Of a stretch of 64,000 nt of DNA, positions 45,068 through 56,014 are shown piece after piece. The notes below the pieces were generated by a model that was not told the DNA's origin, searched no databases, and saw only the letters and a program-made list of their open reading frames with translations. The DNA is from the human T2T-CHM13v2.0 reference genome, Homo sapiens, in NCBI RefSeq assembly GCF_009914755.1, contig NC_060925.1, one strand, 5' to 3'. A program made the translations under genes and the position numbers. Position 1 is the first letter of the stretch, and each line of letters begins with the position of its first letter.

Positions 45068-46022
45068 CAATTATGTGTCACTTAACGACAGGGGTACATT
45101 CTAAGAAGTGTGTCATTAGGTAATTTTGATATTGTTGTAAACCAAAAATAAAATTGTAAGGCCCCACCAACTATCTGAATGGACTCCTGCTCTCTTCCAA
45201 GGGCATTCCAAAGTTAACCTGAAAAACTAGTTCAGGCCTTGACAGGAACTGGGAGCTGGACATACCTCATCATTCCCTCCTCCCTTTTGGAATTACTGAC
45301 AGAACAGACTCTTTAAGTCTGATAAGAAACATTTACAGTCTGGTCTCCCTGAAGCCTGCTACCTAAAAGCTTCATCTGCATGATCAAACCTTGGCATCCA
45401 CAACCCCTTATCTCAACCCAGACATTCCTTTCTATTGATAACAACTCAACTAATTGCCAATCCAAAAATCTTTAAATCTACTTATAACTTGGAAGCCCCT
45501 GCTTTGAGTTATCCTGCCTTTCTGGACCAAACCAATGTACTGTTACATGTATTGATTGATGTCTCATATCTCCCTAAAATGTATAAAACCAAGCTCTACC
45601 CTACAGCCTTGGGGAAATGTCGTCAGGACTTCCTGAGGCTGTGTCACAGGCGTGGGCTTAGCCTTGGCAAAATAAACTTTCTAAATTGAGACCTGTCTCA
45701 GATACGTTGGGTTTACATTGTGCAAACATCATCGTGTATACTTACATAAACTAAATGGTGTCACCTACTAAATGCATAGGCTATAGGGTACAGCCTATTG
45801 CCCCTCGGCTACAAACCTGTACAGCACATTACCGTATTGAATACTGCAGGCGACTGGAACACAACGGTAAGTATCATGCATCTAAACGTAGAAAAGGTAA
45901 TGGGTTGTGCTGTGGCATCCCTAGGTGACAGGGATTTTCTTGGTTCCTTTATAATCTCATGGGACCACCATCATGTAAGTGGCCAATCATTGACAGAAAT
46001 GCTGCTACACGGCACATGACTG
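45068..46022 (+). mobile_element. Tigger3a (MER7A)-like TcMar DNA transposon, split by an LTR
   Basis: Flanked by TA, with ends caattatgtgtcacttaacgac and cggcacatgactg. Internal ggctacaaacctgtacagca and atgggaccacc. Confidence 0.78.
45136..45717 (+). mobile_element. MER4B/D-like ERV1 solo LTR
   Basis: tgtaaaccaaaaataaaatt...aaataaactttctaaattgagacctgtctcaga...gtttaca; 4-bp TSD ttgt. Confidence 0.8.
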
Positions 46023-47428
46023 TATGTAAATCTTATTAAATGGCTTAATGAGTGCTGCCAAACTTCAATGGGAGGCTGATGATGAGGAGTGAGGTGGGGA
46101 GGCCAGACCCGGGTATGTCTGCCTACAGCGGTAGAGTAGCACACACCCGTGAGCGTAGGCATATTACTCAATTCTTTAAGCCTCAATTTCCTCATCTGAA
46201 AGGGAATGCAGTAATGCTTTATAAGAAGACGTCAAGGATTAAATGAGATTTAATAGGAATCCAATAAAGGTGAGTTCCTGTCTGCATTCCTCAATCCCTC
46301 ACCCTCTCCTGTTCCCTTCCAGTAAACCAGCACGTAGAGACGAGGCCTGCAAGTAACCCATCTCCCCTCGTCTCTGTGATGGGACCAGAGATCCACCACC
46401 AGCATCCTCTTTTCCCTCCTTATAAACATGACTTCTATTTGTCCCTCAACATCTTTGAATTCTGAACTTTTAGGGTTCTCATAAGAAAGTAATTGGCCGG
46501 TAAACTGAGGTCTGGGCTGGGAAAATCCTGACCAGGGCTTTCTCCAGGAGATGAGGTTGAGGAGAAGGTGCCCCCATCATGGTGGATCAAAACAGCCAGA
46601 AATAGCCCAAAGGCCTTTGGGAGGCCCAGTGGCTCAGGCACTTAACATGGGTATCGCAGGGGAATCTGGGATGACAAAGATCCTCAGAACCCCCCAGCAG
46701 CCATCCAGAGCTCCAGGACCTCAGAAACAGCCGCTGAGGCTTAGGAGCTGTCCTTGGAGCCAGTCTGATCCGGCCTGGTGGGAACAGAAACTTGTGAAGT
46801 CCTGCAGCCCTCTGTCCCTGCCTACGGATCAGACCCAAGCTCCCTCAGTGAGAGAGGGTCACTCTGCCAGGGGTAGGTGAATCTTTCATGTTGGCACCTT
46901 CCCCACCCCCTAGGGACAACTGGAGAGGGCTGGTGGTTCCTGTCTCCAAGCTCTTCTCCATAAATTACAGGCTTCTCAGTTTTCTGTGACTGATCTGATT
47001 ACCTCTGGCATGTTTCAGGTTCAAATAATGTTGTCCACCTTTCCCAGAAACTGGATATTGGGCTATTCCCTGGCCAATTGCTCCCTGATATCAGGAAGGA
47101 GCCAGGGTGGAGGTAGCAAGTCTCATTGCCCAAAATCTCTGATGGCCGTGAGCAGAGCTGGGGGCCAATGGGCCGGACGAAGTCATGGATTCCTGAGGGA
47201 AGAGGCAGCTTGTAGACCTCACAGGATCCACACACGCCCCCACCCACATCAGGACCAAAGTCAAGGCCAGTCTGTGATCTTTGTGCTCCCCTCAGCTCCC
47301 AGGACTCCTTGGAGACAGACGAAGTACCATCCAGGCTGGACATCCCTGGTTCTGACCTGGCCTCTGGGCTCAGCATTGTCCTGCAGCCTGGCCTTAGCTA
47401 CCTCCATGGATGAACCTTATTTGAATGA

Positions 47429-47728
<300 letters not shown>

Positions 47729-50256
47729 TGAATGACGGACTTTTATGGAACAGAAACTAGCTTGGTCTATTTTAAGCAGAGTAAAAAGATTTTTGCGAGA
47801 AGAATTGGGGTGCCTCATGGAACCCATGGGCAGGCTTCCCAAGGGGCTGGAAGCAAGAAATCTCTCCCCTGGTCTCTGTCTCTGCTGTCTCTCTCGGTTT
47901 GTCTCTGTGTCCGCTTCCTTCACTCTCTCTCTCTTTCTCCACCCTCTCTCTCTCTGGATTGACTTTCTCTGCTCACTTTGCACTTGGTTTGTCGGGGCTA
48001 CTCCAAAATGGTGCCCTCAGCCCTGGGTCCGCACCACCCAGCTCCAGCAGCAAACTGACCCAGGCTGTTAGAGTCCGAGTTGCAAATTTCAAGAGCGACA
48101 ATCTGACTGGGCCAGTCTGGCCTCTGGGTCAGTTCCCCGGGGTCAGGTCTCTGCAGGATGATGTTCAACCATCGCAGCCAAGGAGCAACAGAGCCACGAG
48201 AACATCACTCTGGCTTCTCCCTGGGCAGCAGAAGGAAGGTGGAGAAGACACCTCCAAAAGGCATCTGTCACAGGTTGAGGCCAACATCCCCATCAGCTCT
48301 GAGGCCGAACAGTGCCTCCCTACATCTACCTGCCAAGGGCACTGGCAGGGCTTAAGGTGAGACAAATAAAAATGCAAGGTGGCCGGGTCCTGTCTCTCCT
48401 TACAGGCAGCAGGAAACTCTTGCCCCAGCCTGCTGCTCCCTTAGTTCCACCCAGGCCCCTATTCAAGGAGTGAATTCCAGAGAAGGAAACAGGAGCCCCA
48501 GCCTCCTCACAGTGCCACAGTTAGACACTGGTGCCAGCAGGCACTTCCTCAACACCTCCAGCCCCAGGCGCTTCCTCCCTGAGAGCAATTCCATCTGGGT
48601 TAATGGCCCAGCCCATCTAATGTGCCCGGTAATCCCTCTGAAGCTGCCTTTGTTCGTCTCCTCTGGTTAATCCAGCCCCAGCAACTGAGCTGCCCCCAGC
48701 CTGCCCCTGGCCTGTGGCTTAGGCCTGGCTGGGGTTTGCCTCTGTTTGACTCCCCCAGGGTTGCAGCTTCCCAGGGAGGCAGCTGCTCCCGCCCATCCCC
48801 TGCCCATCCCCTGCCTGCCTGGTTTGCATCCCAAAGGCCTGGAGACACTCACACAGGCAGGAAGGCAGAACCAGTTGTCTCCAGGGGCAGAAATGGGGGC
48901 TGTTCACCCAGAGCCACAGTGGCAGCTGGGCTAGAGAGACTGGCCAGGTTCCCCACGGTTGTCCCCACAGCCTACAATGTCTCCCCACCACTTTGCAGGG
49001 ATTAGTCCCCAGCCCTGCAGCCTCTCACTACTGCGTCCTCAGCATGGGGGCTTCTCTCTGTGACAGGCTGGAACTGGGGCTTGATATGAAAAACAGCTGG
49101 AGCCTGAGGCATTCACACTTGCTCAGATTTCACACTGTTGTGTTTAGGATTAGCAGGAAGGAGAGGCAGATCAAATGTTACCATCATTAGAGGCCCTTCT
49201 CTCCTGGGGCCAGCCCTCCTGCCCTGCCCTTTCCTCCTCCCCCAGCCTAACCTTCCGCTCTTCTCTCCTCTCCCATCTAGGCTGGGCCCACCCTTCCTTA
49301 GGAAGCTTCAGGCAGCCTCCACTGGTTTCTGTTTCAGTTCAGGATGTACCTATCTGACTTCTGAGTCTCTAAGCTCCTGGCCTCAGGTGGTTAGCAGCTC
49401 AGGCATCAGCCAGGTGGGCTCTGGGCTGTCCCAGGGAGAGAATATTGGGTGCAGTCCACAAGCAATAGGCACTTGGGCCTGTTTGGGCTGGGAGCATTTA
49501 ACAGACCATGTTTTGGGGCATTTTGAAATTCATTCTATTCATTTAACCACTTCATGCATGCATGCAATAATGGAACGCTACCTTGTGCTATCAACCTGGG
49601 ATAGAGTAGGGAGCCAGAGAGTATCCTTGCCCTCAGTCTAGTGAGAGGTTAATCAAGCAACCACAAAATGTGTGAGAGGGGCAAGATGGGGTGGTATGCA
49701 AGGCAGTTCTAAAAAGTTCCAAGTAACCTAGCGTCTTGCTACTCGAAGTGAGGCCTGTGGGGCCAGCAGCACCACCCCCACCTGGGTGCTTGTTCGCAAT
49801 GCAGAATCTCAGCTCCATTTCCTCCCTGCAGAATCATAATCTTCCCTTCAATAGGATCTGTGCAGGGTTTACATGCAAAGTAATTTTGGAGCAGTGTAAC
49901 CGCTCAACAGGTTCTTCCTGCCTGCTGCACAAATAAAGACCGCGGCATTGCAGTGTGAACCTCGAATATCTGAGACAGGTCCCAGTCAATTTAGAAGGTT
50001 TATTTTGCCAAGGTTAAGGACATGCACCCATGACACAGCCTCAGGAGGGCCTGACGACATGTGCCCCAGGTGGTTGGGGCACAGCTTGGTTTTATACATT
50101 TTAGGGAGACATGAGATATCAATATGTGTAAGATGAACATCAGTTCGATAGGGAAAGGCAGGACAACTGGAAGTAAAGGAAGTGGAGAGGGAGCCTCCAG
50201 GTTATAGGTAGGTGAGAGACAAATGGTTGCATTCCTTTGAGTTTTGAATTAGCCTT

Positions 50257-50710
50257 TTTCATGCACATCCGTGTGAAGAGACAACCAAACAGGCTGTGTG
50301 TGAGCAACATGGCTGTTTATTTCACCTGGGTGCAGGCGGGCTGAGTCCAAAAAGAGAGTCAGCGAAGGGAAGATAAGGGTGGGGCCGTTTTATAGGATTT
50401 GGGTAGGTAAAGGAAAATTACAGTCAAAGGGGGTTTGTTCTCTGGCAGGCAGGAGTGGGGGTTGCAAGGTGCTCAGTGGGGGTGCTTTTTGAGCCAGGAT
50501 GAGCCAGGAAAAGGACTTTCACAAGGTAATGTCATCAGTTAAGGCAAGCACCGGCCATTTACAGTTCTTTTGTGGTGGAATGTCATCAGTTAAGGTGGGG
50601 CAGGGCCTATTCACTTCTTTTGTGATTCTTCAGTTACTTCAGGCCATCTGGGAGTATACGTGCAAGTCACAGGTGATGCGATGGCTTGGCTTGGGCTCAG
50701 AGGCCTGACA
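50257..50710 (-). mobile_element. HERV-H 3' LTR (LTR7); AATAAA at 50316-50321 on the minus strand
   Basis: Direct repeat of 55558-56014, with about 18 substitutions and 2 indels by manual alignment. Confidence 0.92.
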
Positions 50711-52756
50711 TTCCTGCCTTCTTATGTTAATAAGAAAAATAAAATAGTATTGAAGTGTTGGGGCGGCGAAAATTTTTTGGGGGTGGTATGGAGAAAGAAT
50801 GGGCGATGTTTCTCAGGGCTGCTTCAAGCGGGATTAGGGGCGGCGTGGGAACCTAGAGTGGGAGAGATTAAGCTGAAGGGAGGTCTTGTGGTAAGGGGTG
50901 ATATTGTGGGGATGTTAGAAGAAACATTTGTCGTATAGAATGATTGGTGATGGCCTGGATATGGTTTTGGATGAATTGAGAAACTAAATGGAATGACAGA
51001 AGGAGAAAAATGGGTACAAAAGGTCTAAGAATTGGGATGACTCAGGATATCTGATTAGAGAGTGCCTTAGGAGATTCAGCATAGTCCTGCCAGCAAAGAT
51101 TATTTATTTACTTTAAGAGTTAAGAGTGGCAGTTTGGGGATAGCACCAGGAGATATCAGCTGTGATGGCTTGGAAAAACAGTGTAAACCGGCAGTGTAAA
51201 CAAGAGCAGAGCATGTATGAGTAGTTGAGAACGGTGAATAGGAGTATGACTAGACAGAAGATACTAGGGATGACAAGTTTTCTGGGGCACAGTCCAAGTT
51301 GGTCTGGTGTCTGGAATGAGACTGGGGCCTAATAAAAAGGAACGTCTATACAGGAGCTTAAATGGGCTGTAGCCTGCAGCATTCCGAGGACAGGCCTGAA
51401 TTCTGAGAAGGGAAAGTGATAAAAGTGTAGTCCAGTCCTTTTTGGTGGCTGAGCTTGGTGAGGTGTGTTTTTAAAAGATCTTCAGTCCATTCTACTTTTC
51501 TTGAAGATGGAGGACTGTAAGGGATATGAAGGTTTCACTGAATACTAAGAGCTTGAAAAACTGTTTGGCTGATTTGACTAATAAAGGCTCATCTGTTATC
51601 AGACTATATTGAGGTGGGAAGGCTTAACTGAGGAATTATGTCTGACAGAACGGAAGAAATGACTGCCGTGGCCTTCTCAGACCCTGTAGGAAAGGCCTCT
51701 ACCTATCCAGTGAAAGTATCTACCTAGACTAAGAGGTATTTTAGTTATCTGACTCAGGGCATGTTGAGTAAAGCTAATTTGCCAGTCCTGGGTGGGGCAA
51801 ATCCTCGAGCTTGATGTGTAGGGAAGGGAGGGGTCCTGAATAATCCCTGAGGAGTAGTAGAACAGCAGATGGAACACTGAGAAGTTATTTCCTTGAGGAT
51901 AGATTTCTACGATGGAAAGGAAATGAGAGGTTCTAAGAGGCGGGCTAGTGGCTTGTACTATAGTATAACCTGCCTTTGCTGGTGTGTGGCGATTAGGCCT
52001 GGTGGAACCGCCGTCAATAAATCCAGCGTGATCAGGGTGAGGAACAGGAAAGAAGGAAATTTGGGGAAATGGGGTGAATGTCAGGTGGATCAGAGAGATA
52101 CAGTCATGGGGGTCAGGTGTGGTATCAGGAATAATGTGGGAGGCTGGATTGAAGTCTGGGCCAGAAACAATGGTAATTGTGGGAGACTCAACAAAGAGTG
52201 AGTACAGCTGAAGGAGCTGGGGAGCAGAAAGTATATGCGTTAGGTATGAGGAAGAAAATAGATTTTGGAAGTTATGAGAACTGTAGAGAGTGAGTTGAGC
52301 ATAGTTTGTGATTTTGAGGGCCTCTAAAAGTATTAAAGCAGTGGCAGCCGCTGCACGCAGACATGAGGGCTAGGCTAAAACAGTAAGGTCAAATTGTTTG
52401 CACAGAAAGGCTACAGGGTGTGGTCCTGGCTCTTGTGTAAGAATTCTGACCACGCTAACCATGCCTAGGAAGGAAAGGAGTTGTTGTTTTGTAGAAGGTG
52501 CTGGGGTTTGAGAGATCAGTCAGACACGATTGGCAGGGAGAGCACGTGTGTTTTTATGAGAATTATGCCGAGATAGGTAACAGATGAGGATGAAATTTGG
52601 GCTTGATTGAAGTAATGGAGGCTGTCTGTGAAGCTTTGCAGCAGTACAGCCTTGGTAATTTGCTGAGCCTAATGGGTGTCAGGGTCAGTCCAAGTGAAAG
52701 CAAAGAGAGGCTGGAACGAGGGGTGCAGGGGAATAGTGAAAAAAGCATCTTTAAGA

Positions 52757-53083
52757 TCAGGCACGGAATAGTGAGTTGTGGAGGAAGGTATTGAGGACAA
52801 AAGAGTGTATGGGGTTGGGCACCACAGGGGGGATAGGCAAAACAATTTGGTTGATAAGGTGCAGATCCTGAACTAACTTGTAAGGCTTGTCTGGTTTTAG
52901 GACAGGTAAAATGGGGGAATTGTAAGGAGAGTTTATAGGGTTTAAAAGGCCATGCTGTAGCAGGCGAGTGATAACAGGCTTTAATCTTTTTAAAGCGTGC
53001 TGCGGGATGGGATATTGGCGTTGAGTGGGGTAAGGGTGATTAGGTTTTAATGAGATGGTAAGGGGTGCATGATCCGTCGCCAA
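52757..53083 (-). pseudogene. HERV-H pol (reverse transcriptase N-terminus) remnant
   Basis: QYPIP...[24 protein letters not shown] is a gammaretroviral RT N-terminal motif; frameshifted afterwards. Confidence 0.85.
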
Positions 53084-53232
53084 GGAGGGAGTAGAGGTAT
53101 CTTATACTTGTGGGTTAAGGTGGGGGGATACAAGAGGAGGACGCAAAGGAGGCTTTGGATTGGGAAGAAGGGCGGCAATGAGATATAGCTGTAGTCCAGG
53201 AATAGTCAGGGAAGCAGATAATTTAAAGTGTC

Positions 53233-53454
53233 TCAGCCTAATAAGGGAACTGGGCAGGTGGGGATAACTAAAAAGGAGTGCTTAAAAGAGTATTGTCTAA
53301 GTTGGCACCAGAGTTGGGGAGTTTTAAGAGGTTTAGAAGCCTGGCCGTCAACACCCACAACAGTTATGGAGGCAAGGGAAACAGGCCCTTGAAAAGAAGG
53401 TAACGTGGAGTGGGTAGCCTCCGTATTGATTAAGGAGACGGGCTTACCTTCCAC
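53233..53454 (-). pseudogene. HERV-H protease remnant, catalytically dead
   Basis: LINTEATHS replaces the aspartic-protease LxDTGA motif. The C-terminal CPVPLLG is followed by a stop. Confidence 0.8.
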
Positions 53455-53520
53455 TGTGAGAGTTACCTGAAGCTCGGCGTCTGTGATGGTCTAGGGGGCT
53501 TCCGAGGCGATCGGGCAGTG

Positions 53521-53925
53521 TCAGTCTTCAGCCGCTAAGCCGAGAAGATCTGGGAAGGAGTCAGTCAGAGAGCCTTGGGCCAGAGTTCCAGGGACTCTGG
53601 GAGTGGCTGCCAGGTGAGTTGAACAGTCCGATTTCCAGTGGGGTCCCGCACAGATGGGACGCGGCTTAGGAGGAATCCCGGGCTGCGGGCATTCCTTGGC
53701 CCAGTGGCCAGATTTCCGGCATGTGTAGCAAGCTCCTGGGGGAGGAGGTTCTGGAGGAACGCCTGGCCACTGCGGTTCAGGCATTTGGAAGTTCTTGTGT
53801 GCTGGAGATGTGGCTGGGGTTTGTCTCACAGTGGAGGCAAGGAATTGCAACTTTTTTCTGTTATTGTACACCTTGAAGGTGAGGTTAATTAAGTCCTGTT
53901 GTGGGGTTTGAGGGCCAGATTCCAA
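53521..53925 (-). pseudogene. HERV-H gag remnant (capsid end and nucleocapsid zinc knuckles)
   Basis: Intact CCHC knuckle CYTCRKSGHWAKEC. The second knuckle, RPICAGPHWKSDC, lacks its first Cys. Confidence 0.85.
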
Positions 53926-55537
53926 TTTTTGGAGTTTTATTTAATGTCGGGAGTAGATTGGGTAATAAAATGCATATTGAGAATAAGATGGCCTTTTGAC
54001 CTTTTAGGGTCTAGGGCTGTAAAGTGTCTCAGGGTTGCTGCCGAATGAGCCATGAACTGGGCTCGGTTTTTATATTTGATGAAAAAGCCTAAACGCTTCT
54101 GATTTGGGATAAAGAAAAAGGAGCATTAACCTTGACTATGCCTTTGGCTCCAGCCACCTTTTTAAGAGTAAATTGCTGGGCAGGTGGGGGAGGGCTAGTC
54201 ACGGAACGAAACTGTAAGCCGGACCAGGTGTGAGGAGGGGAGGTGATAAAAAGATTGTAGGGTGGAGGAGCAGAGGCTGAGGAAGAATTGGGACCTAGCT
54301 CGGCCTGGCGAGGAGCAGCCTGGGGAGGAAGGGAGAGGTCAGATGGGTCTGTAGAAAAGGAAGATTAGAAAGACTCAGCGACACTTGGGGTTGGTACTGG
54401 GGACAGGCGGGAGGGAAAGAAGGAAGATTTGGGACGAGTTGCACTGGGCACAGAGACTAGGAAGGGACTGATGTGTAAAAGAATGCCTGGACGTCAGGCA
54501 CCTCAGACCGTTTGCCTATTTTATGACAAGAATTATTTAGATCTTGCAGGATGGAAAAATTCAAAGTGCCATTTTCTGGCTATTTGGAACTACTGTCGAG
54601 TTTGTATTGGGGTCAAGCGGCATTGCAGAAGAAAATAAGGCGTTTAGGTTTTAGGTCAGGTGTGAGTTGAAGAGGTTTTAAGTTTTTGAGAACAAAGGCC
54701 AAGGGAGTAGGAGGAGGAATGGAGGGTGGAAGGTTCCCATAGTGAAGGAAGCAAGCCTAGAGAAAAGAGAGAGTAGAGAAACGGATGGAAGGGGTTCGGG
54801 GATTCTTACCTTCCAGAAAAGTGGGAAAAGGGGTTGGGGTGCAGAGATAAGAGGTTGGGGTGTGGAAATAAGGGATGGGGTGCAGAAATAGGTCGGGGCA
54901 TGGAAATAAGGGATTGGGACGCAGAGATAAGAGGTTGGGGCATGGAAATAAGCGATTGGAGGCTTCTTGCCCCCTAGGAAAGCGGGACTTGCTGCTAAGG
55001 GTGAAGGAGAATGGGTTGAGGGTACTTGCCCCTCTCCCAGAAAAGCAGAGAAGGGGTAGAGACAAGGAGAGAAGGGGTTGAGGTACTTGCCCCTTCCCCA
55101 GAAAAGCAGGACTTGCCGCTAAGGGTGAAGGACCAAGGCAGGTGTCCCTGCGTGGTCTGACACCCTTGAAACGTGGGTGAATGATCAGAGAGGCGTCCCT
55201 GCAATGATTAAACACCAAGGGAAGGCTGCCTTCCCAGTCCGTGACCGGCGCCGGAGTTTTGGGTCCACGGATAAAACGTGTCTCCTTTGTGTCTCCCAGA
55301 AAATGAAAGGAATTGAAATTAAGAGAAGGGAGAGATTGAAGAGTGGAAAGGAGAAAGTGGTTGAGGGACAGTGAGAGAGGTTGGAGAAGAGAGTAAGAAG
55401 AGGCCGCTTACCTGATTTAAAATTGGTGAGATGTTCCTTGGGCTGGTTGGTCTGAGGACCTGAGGTCGTGGGTGGATCTTTCTCACGGAGCAAAGAGCAG
55501 GAGGACGGGGGATTGATCTAGCAAGGGAGGTCCCCCG

Positions 55538-55555
55538 ATCCGAGTCACGGCACCA
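55538..55555 (-). promoter_or_regulatory. Primer-binding site complementary to tRNA-His
   Basis: The minus strand reads TGGTGCCGTGACTCGGAT. The + strand atccgagtcacggcacca equals the tRNA-His(GUG) 3' 18-mer including CCA. Confidence 0.92.
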
Positions 55556-55557
55556 AA

Positions 55558-56014
55558 TTTCATGCGCGTCCATGTGAAGAGACCACCAAACAGGCTGTGT
55601 GTGAGCAACATGGCTGTTTATTTCACCTGGGTGCAGGCGGGCTGAGTCCGAAAAGAGAGTCAGCGAAGGGAGATAAGGGTGGGGCTGTTTTATAGGATTT
55701 GGGTAGGTAAAGGAAAATTACAGTCAAAGGGGGTTTGTTCTCTGGTGGGCAGGAGTGGGGGTCGCAAGGTGCTCAGTGGGGGTGCTTTTTGAGCCAGGAT
55801 GAGCTAGGAAAAGGACTTTCACAAGGTAATGTCATCAGTTAAGGCAAGGACCGGCCATTTACAGTTCTTTTGTGGTGGAATGTCATCAGTTAAGGTGGGG
55901 CAGGGCATATTCACTTCTTTTGTGATTCTTCAGTTACTTCAGGCCATCTGGGCGTATATATATGTGCAAGTCACAGGGGATGCAATGGTTTGGCTTGGGC
56001 TCAGAGGCCTGGCA
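55558..56014 (-). promoter_or_regulatory. HERV-H 5' LTR (LTR7) promoter; TATAAAA at 55688-55694 on the minus strand
   Basis: The minus strand reads tgccaggcctctgagccc...ttaactgatgacatt (twice)...cctataaaac...gacgcgcatgaaa, directly followed by the PBS. Confidence 0.9.

Larger units (their letters stand above)
50257..56014 (-). mobile_element. HERV-H provirus, 5758 bp, two LTR7-type LTRs, env-deleted non-autonomous form
   Basis: 5-bp TSD GCCTT (50252-50256 and 56015-56019), matching LTRs, a tRNA-His primer-binding site (PBS), a polypurine tract at 50711-50723, and gag/pro/pol remnants. Confidence 0.96.

Noticed and set aside
54825-55135. Short tandem and direct repeats in the HERV-H leader
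   Set aside because: A normal feature of HERV-H internal leader sequence, not a separate element or CRISPR-like array.
50711-55537. HERV-H as a protein-coding or replication-competent virus
   Set aside because: gag and pol are fragmented, the protease catalytic Asp is replaced by Asn, and there is no env ORF.
55538-55555. tRNA-His gene
   Set aside because: Only the 18-nt 3' end is present, as the retroviral primer-binding site.
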